From Streblomastix strix (lineage: Eukaryota), in assembly GCA_008636045.1 (NCBI GenBank), contig SNRW01000029.1:1-38639 (forward strand): a stretch of DNA of 38,639 bases. The letters are read 5' to 3'. Below the pieces are notes generated by a model, which saw nothing but the letters and a program-made list of their open reading frames with translations, had not been told where the DNA came from and did not search any database. The translations under genes were made by a program, and so were the position numbers. How positions within the stretch are numbered: the stretch's first letter is position 1; every line of letters begins with the position of its first letter. Shown one piece after another: positions 1-13,500 of this stretch.

Positions 1-2
1 CT

Positions 3-3000
3 TTTGGATAGAAAACAAGACTGCTTGCTCAAGCATATGCACCAACTCTTATTGTTGATTCTGCACAACTTGGAGTCAATTAATTTGGAGTTGTTGGAGA
101 TTAAGAAGTCCTAATCTATGCACTTCTCCCAAATCCTCTATATAAACGAATGAAAAAGTAATCAAATTAAAATAAAGGATATGTTAGAGATAAAGATGAA
201 TATGAATACCTTCCGATGTGTGCTATACTTAATGCACGAATACCAACAATTTGCCATTTTTCATTCATTTAAAGATGTATTTCTGGTACCAATTCAATAT
301 TTGGTGAAATTCGAAACAGTTTCTTTAGAAAAATGATAAATAACTTAGAAACATTAAAATCATAAAAATTAAGTCTAACCTCATAATTTGATTAGAAATA
401 GATTAATAATTAATAATCAATAAATTAATAATAACTAATTAAAAAAGTTAAAGAAAATAATAATAAAATAATAAAGCAAGTTGAAGAAGATGAAGATGAA
501 TTATTTGCAGAAGACTTTGATGATGAAAGTTATTTGCCTGAAATAATAAATAGTCAAACATTTATGGAGTTAATGAATCTATCTTCAACAAATGCGTTGT
601 AACGTCTTCCTGCAATTCCATCATTTATCATTTTCACTCGTTCTGGGAAAATAATGAGAGCAATACCGACGGAATATGAAAAATTTCCCATTAAAGATAT
701 ATTTGTTACAATACATATTTTGGCTATGCTTGAAATGAATTTTGGTGATATTTGGAAACATCAGCAAAGATAAATCTTTAATTAATATCGTGATATTGAA
801 ATAAAGACTTTCAGAATAACCATTATTGAATAAGCATTGCGTGAATGGATTGCAACTGGAAGAATTGCAAGAATACCACCTGTTCCATTAAGTGATTTTT
901 TGCCTAATATCTATGGATTGAGAAATGGAAGATATATTTCAAGTTAAGATGTATTTGGTTTATCATCAAAGCCGCTTAACACCGAAGCTACTTACTTTAA
1001 AACTCTGTCCTATTAGAATGTGATAACTACAATTAAATAATTATTTTATTATACTCGAATTATGAATCAACATCGACTTATTATTCGTGAAGTTCTTCGG
1101 CGTTTCATAAAGAATTTTCAGAGTTTAAATCTTCAAAAAGAGAAAATAGAAGAAATTTAAAATATCAATCTTGAAACTTTGTTAAAGAAAGAAGTTTATG
1201 CTTTAATGAATTTGATTGCTAGACCATCAGATATAATAATTAAAGATGATACAAATACAGTAGCTTAAAATATAGAATACCTCTTCAAATAATCCAGAAT
1301 AGGAATGAAACTACTAAATTTATCTCTCAAATGTTAAAAAAATGGTTTTATAAAAAGAGTGAAAGCAGAATTTTAACATTCACTTAATCGAGAAAGATTT
1401 CTTGAATATTAATTATGGCCTAAATATGGAAATGAGATAATGAATGTGCCTTTAGGAATTTATTCTTGCACAAACATGAGTTTCAAAGATGATCCTACAG
1501 TTGATGGAATATATCCTTAAGGTCTTATTTCAAACTCCATCAAATTATCAAAATAATTTAATAAAAATTCTTCTGAATATTCTCTTGATTTGTTGAGAAT
1601 ATCTGAAAAATTGAATTATAACAGACTTAAACTAGGAAGTACTGGCTTAAGTCTTAATATGAATTGTATGTACAAATCATTAATAAAAGAGAATAAAAAT
1701 ATATTTATGGTCAGCAAAATCAAAGAACTTTAACATTTATTGCACCCCAATATAGTTGAAGAAGTTACAGTCTCTGAAGACGATGTTACTTTCATTACTC
1801 AATTTCCTTAAAATTAATTTCCTGTTTATTTGACTCAACCAGAATAGGAATAATCTCAATTACTAAATATAAACTCCGATTTATAATCTTAGAAAAAATA
1901 ATAAGCTTAATAAAATTTATATTCAACTTAAGTTTTAAATAACTAAATTTAGCCTCATTAGGAAAATTTGTAAACATTATCTGCATTTCCAGTCTAAACC
2001 CCATAAATTTAATAAGAACATATCTCTATTAATAAAGAAGATATCAGTATTTTCAAAAATTATTAAAAAGAATAAATTTAAAATATTGATAATGAAAAAG
2101 ATTCTATAAAAAATAGAGAAAATGTAAAAGTTGATAATTGCAAACGAGATAAAAAACATAAACACGAAAAAGAAAAAAGTCCTAAAACTGAAATTGATAA
2201 AGAAACGGAAAAATTGAAAGATAAAAAGCATATAATAAAGAAGAAGAAAGATATGGAATAAAATGAAGAAAATAATAATTATTCTTAAAGTTAATAGTCA
2301 AATATCATTAATTTAGATGATTAAATTTAAAATATTGCACATCCACTAAAATAATTTGAGCTTCCACTAGTTGATGAATTCGATTTTGATATCTAACAGT
2401 AGAATTTTCTTTAACAATAGATGGAAAACAAATAAAATAATAGAATAAATTTTACAGATAATAACAAAAGAGGAAATAATTTTTTAAATCTTCAAGAGAC
2501 TTAATAACCACAATTGCAATAATTACAACGTGCTTAATTCAATGTTCATTTCCCTCACTTCAATTAAACACAAAAAGATATTGATTGGGGCGAGAATATA
2601 GGAATTATTTCTTCTTAGGATTCTAAGATGAAAGACGAAGCACAAGTTGAGAACAACTTTGATTATATTTAGTCTTCGTTTTAGAATCCTTCGTCTATTC
2701 AAAAAAGAACTGAAAATTCATCATTAATATAATAACCCCAAAATTTTACACTATCTACATTCTTAAACACCACCTTACCCGAAATTAGTTAAACATCTTC
2801 AAAGTTTATTTAACCTCCTTCTTCATTTCATTCTGTTGAACAAATTTTTTAACTTCCTAATTAGCCTGTTAATTTAAATATCAACCAATTTTATATTCCA
2901 TATAATACTCCAATGTAATTAAACCAGAAATTTCAGACTTCTTAAGTTGTTCAATCAAAATATAGTAGACCTGGAGCAATTCCACTATATGCAACTGTTG

Positions 3001-3062
3001 TGACTGATGATAGCAGTGGAGAAGAACTTACTTCTGATTGCAAGAGCTCAAAAAGCGAATGA
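3..3062 (+). CDS. 3' part of a large hypothetical protein (at least 1019 aa, 5' end outside the window); globular-looking N-terminal half and Q/N/K-rich low-complexity C-terminal half
   Basis: With TAA/TAG=Gln, frame 3 has no TGA from 3 until TGA at 3060-3062 (FGQKTRLLAQAYAPTLIVDSAQLGVNQFGVVGDQEVLIYALLPNPLY...DDSSGEELTSDCKSSKSE*). No recognisable motif. Confidence 0.85.
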
Positions 3063-4189
3063 GAAGTTAATATTAATACCAAAATCAATTAATGAAATTT
3101 GCTTTGAAGAATATTTATTTTTTTAATTTATTTTTATCGGAATTAAATTATTTATTTTATTATAAATCTTGTTTTACAATTCTTATACTATATTAATTAT
3201 ATTTCTTCTACTGAATAGTCGGAATTAGTTATCTATATATTAATTATTTTAAGTCTAACAATAAGAATTCTTTTCTTATCATTCATAATTTGCATTTCAA
3301 TTTCAATCTTAATTAATTCTTATTTAATTATTCTTTTTAATCAAATTTATATCTTTTTTTAAAAAACTTTTCCATGTCTTTTTTAATTAATTAAAGTTCG
3401 TTTTTATTTTTTCATCTTATTGATTTTTTATTTTTTTTATTGAATAATAACTAAGACCAATAACTTTAATAAAGATTGTTGTTTAATAAAAGACCGTATT
3501 CATTTTCGGGTATATCGCTCGACTTTTTTTTAGTTGCGTATCAAAAAGTTGATATCATTCCTTTGCTTTTGATTAATCTACATATACAAAGGTTAAAAAT
3601 AATAGTTTTTATAAAAGGACCTTTTATAGATGTTAATTTGAAAGTTATCGAGAAATAAAACATTTTTTTTTAATTTTGCTAGAAATATTCATTTTAATGA
3701 ATTAAATGTTAAATATGAATTAAATGTATTTAATTATACATAAATAATTAATATATTAAATTTTATAGACAAATTATTTTTTGATTTTTGGAGTTAATAG
3801 ATGGATAGTAGTTATGTGATGAACATGAGTGCCCCACGAATAAAGATTTTTATAAATATTGATAATTTTATAATGAAATTAGAAAATAAAATTGAAATAA
3901 TGTTATACAAGATTTGCGTATGATTAATGTAAGAGAAAATATGCAATTGTATTAGATTATTGTTTGACTGAATAGAGAGTTATTAATGAATACAAATATG
4001 TATGATTAATGAATCCGATTAATGGAAATCATCTTTGTACGTACGGCGCTTGACTTAGTCACATAATTACATTGAAATATTAATGGTTTGATTGATGAAA
4101 TTCATTGACTGAAACATAAAAATGTTTAAGAAAACGTTTGTGAAATCATTGTATATTGAACATTTATTGTATAAATTGATGAATTACGA

Positions 4190-4813
4190 TTGGAAAACGT
4201 ACTTAAATGTATTTCATTGAGGAGATGAAAAGTTGAAATGAATTGTGAATGCTTTTTGAGTGCTCCGAGTATTCCTAGTGTTCCGAGTCAGAAATATTCA
4301 TCAAAATCTGCTGCAAGTCTTCCAATCTGCCAGAAGTGAAAAATTTTAATAAAAGATAATATATATTATTCAAACTTATATATCATCATTGAGTTAATTA
4401 ACATCTTGGTTTTTGTCATCTGTTTTTTGAGTTCATTAATTGATAATAAATCATTAATGCTTACTATTATTTTTTTAAGTTTCTTAATTATTAATAATTG
4501 CATATCATTGACTTTTGAAACATAATTATTTTAATTTAATTTAGATCTAATTCTTGCATTTTTTCGTGTTCCGATAGTTCTGGGTGTTCCGAGTCAAATG
4601 AGTTCTATTGAAAATGCGTGTCGTTGCGATAGTTAGTCAAAGCATGAAATAGATTAATGAATTTTAAATGAAAATCGTTACTAAATGTATGTAATTTGCA
4701 CGAGAAAATGGATTTGATAGTGAAAACTTTTTGAATGTTCCGAGTGTTCTAGGTGTTCCGAGTCAGAAAGTTTCATTAGAAGCTGCTGCTTGCCAGTTAT
4801 TCTGCCAGATTGT
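4190..4813 (+). repeat. Three diverged direct copies of a GC-rich motif built on a 9-bp triplet (TGTTCCGAG-TGTTCTAGG-TGTTCCGAG-TCAG...CTGCTGC...CTGCCAGA)
   Basis: Copies at about 4250-4336, 4565-4600 (partial) and 4725-4813. The flanks upstream of the first and third copies also align (gaaaacgtacttaaatgtat vs gaaaatcgttactaaatgtat). Confidence 0.85.
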
Positions 4814-4959
4814 TGGAAAAATAAAACAAAATAAATCGAATATTGATTTCATTGGAATTTAAATTTTGTTAAATCAATTTTACAAATAGAATGTTATCTC
4901 CACGTTAGAAGCTAGCCAAAAAATTGCATAGCTTATCCGAGGGCTTGGAGTATCTTAGC

Positions 4960-5560
4960 ATCGATATCATCGGTTTAATAAAGTTTAACAATAGTTATAA
5001 ACAGTTCTCTCTTATGTACTCTTTTAGTAATTGGTAAATATTCATATTATCCAAGTTATATATGTTTCTGTTATGTTGGTCTATTTTTCAGTCAGTTCTT
5101 TCTAATATTTCAACAGCTTGATTAAAAAATATAGAATTCCATGCAGAAGCCATTATTTATTGTTTGGTTATCAATGATAATTATGCACATACATTTTCGT
5201 TTACATAATTTTTTGTCAGTATGACGAACGCTCTGAAACTACAATTCATTAATTCTCTATCTTTCTGGGGCTTAGTTTATGATAGCCATTTCATGTAAGG
5301 ACGACGTTTTTTTATTCTATGAATCATTGATGGATGAAATGGCAGCCTTCAAAACGGTTTCACATTTACATTTATTCTGTCATATATGGCAAGTAGAGAC
5401 TTATAGTAATCTTTATCATCGTCCTTTTCATCAATATCCATCTAATTTCCTGAATTCCCACTTGATTATCCATTTGATTACCCACCTACACTTTAACATT
5501 TTTCTGCTTCAAGTTCTTGCCTTGCATTTTCTGATTCCTTTTCAATTACACTCTAATTCA
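4960..5560 (-). pseudogene. Decayed ORF fragment of unknown origin
   Basis: The minus strand reads ...VIEKESENARQELEAEKCQSVGGQSNGQSSGNSGNQMDIDEKDDDKDYYKSLLAIYDRINVNVKPF*RLPFHPSMIHRIKKRRPYMKWLSQTKPQKDRELMNCSFRAF... with internal TGA. Coding-like composition but no motif. Confidence 0.3.
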
Positions 5561-6135
5561 GTTAATTCCGACAGTTCAGGGCACGAGAGATGTAATCCGA
5601 ATTAAATATTCAACATTTTCTAGTTTATCCGATTTTACATCTTATGAAAATTTAAATTCTGTAAAAAAATTTGAAATTTATCCGAATTATCCGATACCTG
5701 GATTATGCGCAGTACGAATTAACCGAAATCTGGTGCAATTATTAAATAAATTATTATATTTATGATATTCTATTTCATACTGATAAAAAGTATTTTCAAT
5801 TATATAAAAATAGCAAATTTGATATAAAAAGTGGGTAAAAAATAATAAAAGAAATAAAAATGATTATTCGTAATGTTTTAATAATTATTCAAAAAGAATT
5901 AAATTTTATATGCAATTCTGTAAATTTATTGATAGTTTAGCGTAGTAGTGGCAAACTATATAATTTATTCAAAGAATTAATTAAATTAAGCCAACTTAAG
6001 AAACACAATTTCACACTGTTCATATACGTCAGCGATTCAAATAATGTTTCCAGTTATAAAAAAATGAAAGATTTAATTTAAATTCTATCAAAAATTGTTC
6101 CATACACATAAGTCGATTAAGTATTGAATGAATTG

Positions 6136-6573
6136 ATGGAATGTGAATAAGTGTACGATGAAATATAAGAATAATAATTATAAAAGGAACTAACTGAACA
6201 ATCAAAAGATGATTTATTAACTAATGCGTCTAGAGCTGGTGAAGGAGGTAATTTTGATGTAAATTTTATCATTTTATAGATTTATTTGACGATACAAGAA
6301 GTATATTTTAAAATATATATAATCCACTGTTTAAGAAGCTGTTTAGAAACTGATAACCCAGAATATAAAATTTTCTTTGTTTATAAGGCATTATTTGTTT
6401 AGGTGCTGATTATAAATCTAATCTTGATTCATTTTGGTTCTTTTGTTCATTTAATAGATAAAAATTTAATTAAAATTTCTATTATTCATCTATCCCATAA
6501 GATAAAGAAACAGTATCGTTTGAGTACGTTCGACAAACTAAATAGTATGCATTAGTGGTGTAATATGAAATGA
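6136..6573 (+). CDS. Candidate or decayed small ORF (145 aa) of unknown function
   Basis: ATG 6136 to TGA 6571-6573 is open under code 6 (MECEQVYDEIQEQQLQKELTEQSKDDLLTNASRAGEGGNFDVNF...). The 3' half looks less protein-like and may be frameshifted. Confidence 0.25.
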
Positions 6574-6632
6574 ATGGAAAATTTACTAAAATAAACTGAA
6601 ACACACAAACACAATTTTAATGAATTCATTTA

Positions 6633-6725
6633 CAATCTGGCTGAATTGCAGGCTAGCAGCAGATTATTGATTTGAGTTCCTAACTCGGAACACTCAGAAC
6701 ACACGGTGCAGTCATAAGTCATTCA
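6633..6725 (-). repeat. Inverted copy of the 4250/4725 motif
   Basis: The reverse complement gaatgacttatgactgcaccgtgtgttctgagtgttccgagttaggaactcaaatcaataatctgctgctagcctgcaattcagccagatt aligns along its length with 4247-4336 and 4725-4811. Confidence 0.85.
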
Positions 6726-6949
6726 TTTCAGAGCTTCAATTAAATGACTCACAATATCTAAAATTTTATCTAATTTATATTCAATCCTATTCAATTAATC
6801 TTTGAAACAAGTTCTTATACCTACTTGAACTTCAATTTTTGATAATTAATTGCCTTATAGTTAAAATATTTTATTTAATTTTTACATTATTAGTTTAGAT
6901 AATTTTTATTAATTTTGGGAAATAAATTATTTTAAATTGTTTAAGTTCT

Positions 6950-7896
6950 CAAATTGTTTAAATTATTTGAATCCATCGACCTACTCGTTGAGTGGTATTA
7001 CTTTTTATTCATCCGTTTCTATTTATATTTTCGATGAGAATTAATTATTTTTTCTATAGTCTAATAATATTCGTACCATTTTTGTTCTGCAAAAATTAAT
7101 TGAATAATTGCTCATATTTGCTGTTCAAGTAATGTACTCATATATACTTTTATTTCATTTAATACTTCATCGGTGATATGCTCAATAAATATATATTTTC
7201 TTCCTAAAAATTATGTTTCATCTATATTTATAATTAAATATTCTACAATGGCTTCATTTTTGGTCATAGCAATATAATCTTAATCATGGTACAATAAACG
7301 GTCTTTTAATTCTTATGTCAATTTATGACTAATCCATTTCTTATTTCTTTTTCGAATCTTTAATATTATATTATTTTTATCTTCAACCTCTATAAATTTG
7401 ATTATAATAAAATAAGCAGTTTCTTTGCATTATGGAATTGCTCTTGGTTTCAATTGTTTTATTTCATCACCTCATTGATATTCCAAAAGAATTTTTTCAT
7501 CTAATAAATTTAATATTATATTAACATATTTTAAATATTTAATTGTTGTTTTCATACAGATAATGTTCAGGAATTTTTTATGTACATATGTTCCTCTAAT
7601 TTCGTTTGAGAAAGATAATGTAAGTTAGTCAATCTGGAGTTTGCTCAAATTGGGACTACCTCACAATTTAAAAAATGATTTATAGTCCGAAAGCATTGGA
7701 GAACGAATTGTATTTTTAATTGCTTTTTTGATTTTTCTTTCTCATTTATTTATTTCACAATTTTTGTTGCATTGACATATCCATCTTTATCTCGAATTAT
7801 CATATTAAATCCAATATATGAACCAATAGTAAAATTTTCATTATTTGTTATAATTGATTATATTGTTCTGTTATTTTGATCATTAGCAGTCTCCAT
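6950..7896 (-). pseudogene. KilA-N domain protein pseudogene
   Basis: From ATG 7896: METANDQNNRTIQSIITNNENFTIGSYIGFNMIIRDKDGYVNATKIVKQINEKE, then a frameshift, then SNEIRGTYVHKKFLNIICMKTTIKYLKYVNIILNLLDEK. DGYVNATK and RGTYVH are KilA-N signatures. Further frameshifts and TGAs follow downstream (IKQLKPRAIPQCKETAYFYY). Confidence 0.85.
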
Positions 7897-7951
7897 TATA
7901 TATGAGATAAAAAATTAGAATTTAATAAAAATAAGTCGATTAATTTCAAAA

Positions 7952-8212
7952 TCATTTGTTTTATTTTATTTAATCTTCTATATCTTACACTTTTAATTCG
8001 AATCTTTTAATTTATTATGAACAAACTATTTCAGATTAGATATTTCTTAAATTAACATCTTCTTAAATTGATTTTGTCGATTCAGTCATTTTTTGTTTTG
8101 TATAAATGATTCTTACTTTCTCATATTCATAATCAAGAATTTTGAACTCTAAGTCTTCACCATCTCTTTCAGCTAACTATGATAAGAATTTCTTCTTCTC
8201 ATTATTTGCCAT
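7952..8212 (-). CDS. Small hypothetical protein (86 aa) in the virus-like cluster
   Basis: ATG 8212 to TGA 7952-7954 is intact under code 6: MANNEKKKFLSQLAERDGEDLEFKILDYEYEKVRIIYTKQKMTESTKSIQEDVNLRNIQSEIVCSQQIKRFELKVQDIEDQIKQNK*. It ends about 55 bp before the KilA-N start. Confidence 0.5.
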
Positions 8213-10507
8213 TTCTACTGTGACAAAAATTGAAAAATAATAATAATTTGTTTCATATTTATTTATCTGGCTAGTTCAGCACAACAACTGTTTAGTTATT
8301 CAAGCATTAATTCAAGAACAAATTTTGAATGTAGTTAATCTATATCCAGTAACTCTTAATTTTAACGGAACAATTCGTATAAAATATCTGTTGCCATTAA
8401 ATTGGAAGAAAGGCTTATAAAGACGTTATTCATCTCAATAACCTTCAAGCAATTCGAAATATTATTTTTCAACCATTGAACTATGAATGTTTATGTCCTC
8501 ATTGAGCCTTCATTAGTACGAAGACATTAACAGAATATTATTTTTCTTTAATTTTCTGAATTTACAAAGGCATATGGTAATAAAAAACTAACTCCATTCA
8601 CTTAGGCGTTCTATGAGATAACAACTCCATCATTTTAAGATAAAGTATAATATGTTAAATTTTAAACTAAAGTTATGTTCGAAGCTATATATTATGAAAT
8701 AAATAACAAATAATTAATTTAACTAATGACCTATTTAATTAATTATATTAATGTTAAGATGATAGTTATATTTATAAATAAAAATTTTAAAAATTTTCTC
8801 AATTAACCGTTTCAATTACTGTTCTCAAATATTTCAGGAATTTAATGGTCCAATAACTTCATCAAATGAACTGTTAGTATCATATATGCAGTTACCACCT
8901 GTTGCTGTTGAAAATAATCAAAATGTGTCATGAATTGTGTAGAGAATTGGAAGAGGAGTCTCTTTCCACTAGTATCAATATTATAAAATTAATCTGTTGC
9001 TCCTTGATATATTAGTGCTTTTCTGAGTTCTGCTCAAGTGTTCTGGTTCTGAGTATATTGTTCATCGAAAGTTAATGCTCTATTACTGTTCTTTTCACAT
9101 TAAAGTATTGTCAAAAAGTTTTTCAAATCAGTGAGAGGATTCAATATTCTAGAAGCTGTATTTCTTAGTGTTGTCAAAGTATCTTCGAATTCATCGGTGG
9201 CTTAGAATAATAGATCAAGATTTGATGCACTGAGTTATAGCTAGACAAATTATTGATCAAATGTATTTATAGGCATATCTGGAAAATTGCGATCACTGAT
9301 AGTTATTTATATATTCTAGTAGCAAGGATTTTCAAAGCAAGTTGTTGCTTTAGCTTCATTCAGAAATAGAAGACAAAAATCAGAAACGTGAGACTGAAGA
9401 ATATTTTAAGATGTTTATATTTTAGCCAATGTGGCAGAAGTTGGAAATGGCCATATTTCTACTCGTAAGGCAAGTACGACAAATGGATGTTTGCCGTTGA
9501 ATTTGCAAACTCGATTACGATATACATCAATTACTTTATAACATACCATATTTGCTGTTACTTCAGTTATAACACAATTATTTTATCCTCATTGTTACAA
9601 GTTTGATGTCGCATACTAAGTTCTTCTGTCCTGATTCAGTTAGTAGCTCCGCATGTAATCCTGCAATCAAGACAGCTGTGCATCCTAATTACGTAAATTA
9701 TTTAGTATATTAGAATGTCAGACTCCAATTTCTGAATATCAAATCGGTATCTATTTACTTCTACTGACTACTATCCAATAATTTATCTTTATTTATTTTT
9801 GTAATATTATGCCATTGAATTAATTGGATTTACTTGACAGAAACCAAACGCATGAAGATTTATATTGAATTTTTTTTAAATCACCAAATATGCCATTGGA
9901 ATTATCACAGAAGGTAGATAATATCAAGTGATCATCAAGTGGAATGTTTACTCCGAAACATATTGGAATTGTATATGGAACTGCTGTCTGATTTCCTATT
10001 AGCACTACAATATCTCGCATAATTATATATGTTTCACACGCTGATATGTCAAATTTATGAATATTTTCGTACAAAAAATGTATATTAATTTTATTATTTT
10101 TCTCGCTTTTTGGCTTAATAGTCTAAAAAAATAAGTGAATCATTTGTTGCGTCATACAAAAGACTTCAATCAATGGTTTTACCTCCGAGATATATTAAAT
10201 TTTCTCGAATAATATTTGAACCTGATATGAGACTTACAAGTAGAACCAATCCGTCTTTATATGATTCGTCAATTTTATCTAATTTATTATTGAGTTAGAT
10301 ATTGGCAGTTAGCACAACCGACAAGAACGAATTTTAGATCTAAATGATGCCATGATCAGTATTTGATAAATTAAAAATTTATCTCCTTATCAAACAACGT
10401 TGACATTTAAGATTTTGATTTAATTTCCATGATGGAATAATGATGTTCTCCATCATTTGAAATTAGAACAACAGCATTATCTAACAATGTTTTTTAATGG
10501 TTCCTAA

Positions 10508-13500
10508 TAGGCATGGCAAAATCCGGGCGGATTAAGAGGATCCGCCCGGAATCAAATTTGATTCCGCGGATTTTTTTTGTACTATAATAAAAATAGATAG
10601 AAAAAAAATTTCAAAAATTTTAAATATTTTTGAGAAATTTTTTTATATATATATTGTAATTAAATATTATATATATTATTTACATAAAGTTTTTATTAGT
10701 ATTAAACATTAACTCGCAATAATGGTGGAATCACAAAAAATTGTTCTCTTTATCTATAGATAATCTGACTTCAATTACGTATCCAAAATTATAAATTATA
10801 ATCTAATAAATTATCACTCAAATTATTTTGTTAGTATATCTAAAATATTATCAGACAATATTTAATGAAATAAATTTTTTTAAAAATTTATCAATCTTTG
10901 ATCAACAATAACTTATTTATATATATTAATTAGTTATAATCAAAAAAAAGAAAAATATCTTTGAATCTTTGATGTTATATCCTCCAATAAAATGCAAAAA
11001 GGATCAAATTGAGCCTAGCAATGATAATTTTGATCCGTTCGATTGTACCGTAGATGGTATAATTTATTCTATTAATAAAATAATTTTTATAAAATATGAT
11101 TGTAATTTTGTTTGAATATAATATAGTTGACATACCAAGACCAGTTTCAGGGACAAATAATTAATATTAAATATATCGAGAATTTATTGATGAAGATGAT
11201 TGAAGCAGCTATATGAAGTTTACAATAGTTCCAGATGATGAGATATTAGAAGGTCATGAAAAGAAAACTTTGATGTGTACTAGGTACTTATGGTCGGATT
11301 ACTTTTAAGTATTAAGATTTAATATGAGAATCCATGATTGTAAACCTAGTAGTCAGCCTACACTGGCTGAATTCGGAGTCGGAAAAAGAAGAATTTAAGT
11401 ACTCGAAATTGTGACTCCTTAAATGCTAAGGCAATAAAAAATTAAAGAAATGGTTTCTAATGGTGGGTCATATTCAGGTAAACAAGATGATCACCAAGCT
11501 CTTACAGTGTAGATTGCAATAAATTTAGGAAAATCTGATTAGAAAGCATTGTATTAGAGGATGAATAGAAAAATAGCTTCAGATGAAACATAACAAACTT
11601 GAAACAAAATTTTGGATGAGGAATTATAAAAGAGGTAAGACTGTGTTAACGCAATGGTATTTGACTCAGGGTCGCATAAAAGTAGACATAGTACAGTAGG
11701 AATTGTCGTATCGCCATCAGAGAACCTTTAGCCATTACCAGTAGCTATAGAAGAAAATATTCAGACCACCGCTGAGTTTGCAAGTTTCATTTCAAGAACA
11801 ATTTGTGGATTTCATCATAAAGGTGTCATTGTTCCTTCAGTAACAATTGATGGATTAAGAGCATATCAGAAGGTTTTATAACCAGGAAATGATAATGAAC
11901 ATGTTTCTTTTCTACTTCTTAAAGCTGGAATAAATATTACACAAATAGGTGCTATTTGCTTATGCCTTTTAATTAATTTAGTATTTACTCATATCATCAA
12001 TTAAGTTGCAGAAATCATTCAAATAACATCTAATCTAAGGAAATTAGTAAAATTTCTTAGACTTCGTAAGAATAAGAAAATTCATGGAGCAAGATGCCCA
12101 GATCTTGAGGAGACTCGATGGGTATATATCGGACGTGTAATTGATTTCATCGAGAAATAAAAAGAATAAATTCTTAAACAAAAGATTCTTTCAGTAACTG
12201 CGTTTGCAATTTAACAGTACCGGGTACTTTCTCTTCTTATTCTGCCTCTATAGAAGTTAGTTGCATAATTTGAGAAGAATAATATGACATTCGAGTTTGC
12301 ATTCCCACTTATTCAACAAGCATTTATGAACTATGACTAGTTAGATAGCAATGAATGAATGAATGAAAAATTATATACATTTAATCGACCATTTTGAAAA
12401 GGAACTTTATAAGCTAACAATTTAATCAAAATGGAGGAGCTTAATCTTGTCCAGTTACTATCTTACAACATGTGGTATTGAGGCAGCAAAAACTGAAAGA
12501 TCCACTAGCTACGTAAAATTAACTTATTATCAATTAAGACAAATACCCTCAGCTATTCTTTTAAGAAAACGAAATAAGTGATTATAACATTGTGAATGAA
12601 TAGTAAGAACATCTTGAAATTATAAGTGATAATGATAGTGAAGATAAAAATGAAGAAAATTTTGTTAATTAAGTTGAATTAATTGAATAACTTAATTATG
12701 AAATGAAAATATTAAATGACAATTCTAGTTAAATTGCAGAGAAATAATAGGATTTCACAAACAATGGCGAATAAAATGAAGATTCTATTTTGAATCAAAA
12801 TGCAAGCGAGAAATTAAATGTCTTTAGTGAAAATAGAAAAATGGAAAAGGAAGATAATCCAAAATGTGGATCTGATGAAAATCAACGAATGCGAGATTTG
12901 AAAAATTAAACTGGAAGAGTAATTCTGAATTATGAGGATAGATAAGAACTATTAAGTGTAGTGAAAGAACCAATATTGGATGAAATCAAACTCAAACATG
13001 TTGTTTCTCTTGAAAGATCTTTATGGAGTACAATTTAGTCGATCAATTGGATGCAATTATGTTAAGAATCAATAGCTGAGATTGTTTAGTATGTTCTTCC
13101 AAACAGATCTAAACTCCTATATATAAAAATATCTAAAGTGAAAAATTACATGTGGAGCAACGCAAAGACAATGAATCAAGATGATGTATTCGTAATTGAT
13201 AGAGAATCTTATTTGTTAGCACAACACACATAGAGTGAAGAGAAGCAAGGATTGGCTGAAGTTGCATTGAAATTGAAGTCAATTCCATTTAGTGATGCAG
13301 CGTGTGAAAGGTGTTTTAGCACAATAAAACGACTACTAGGAGATGATCGAAACAGGCTTGGTGAAGCTAACCTATTTGCAGAATTGCTGATGTAAACACA
13401 ATTAACTCAATAAAGGCAAAATAGAGCTAAGTTGATTAAAGATCAATGAAATAAAAACTTAATGAAGCAGAAGTAAGAATCATCACATTCGAGTGCTATT

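Noticed and set aside
4275..4292. GTTCCGAGTC as a tRNA T-loop/B-box (tRNA or SINE)
   Set aside because: No cloverleaf or A-box was found, and the motif is better explained as a 9-bp tandem unit.
8260..8640. Additional minus-strand gene between the capsid-like gene and the 86-aa ORF
   Set aside because: Only short TGA-interrupted fragments (QYFELLEGY*DEQRLYKPFFQFNGNRYFIRIVP); too decayed to call.
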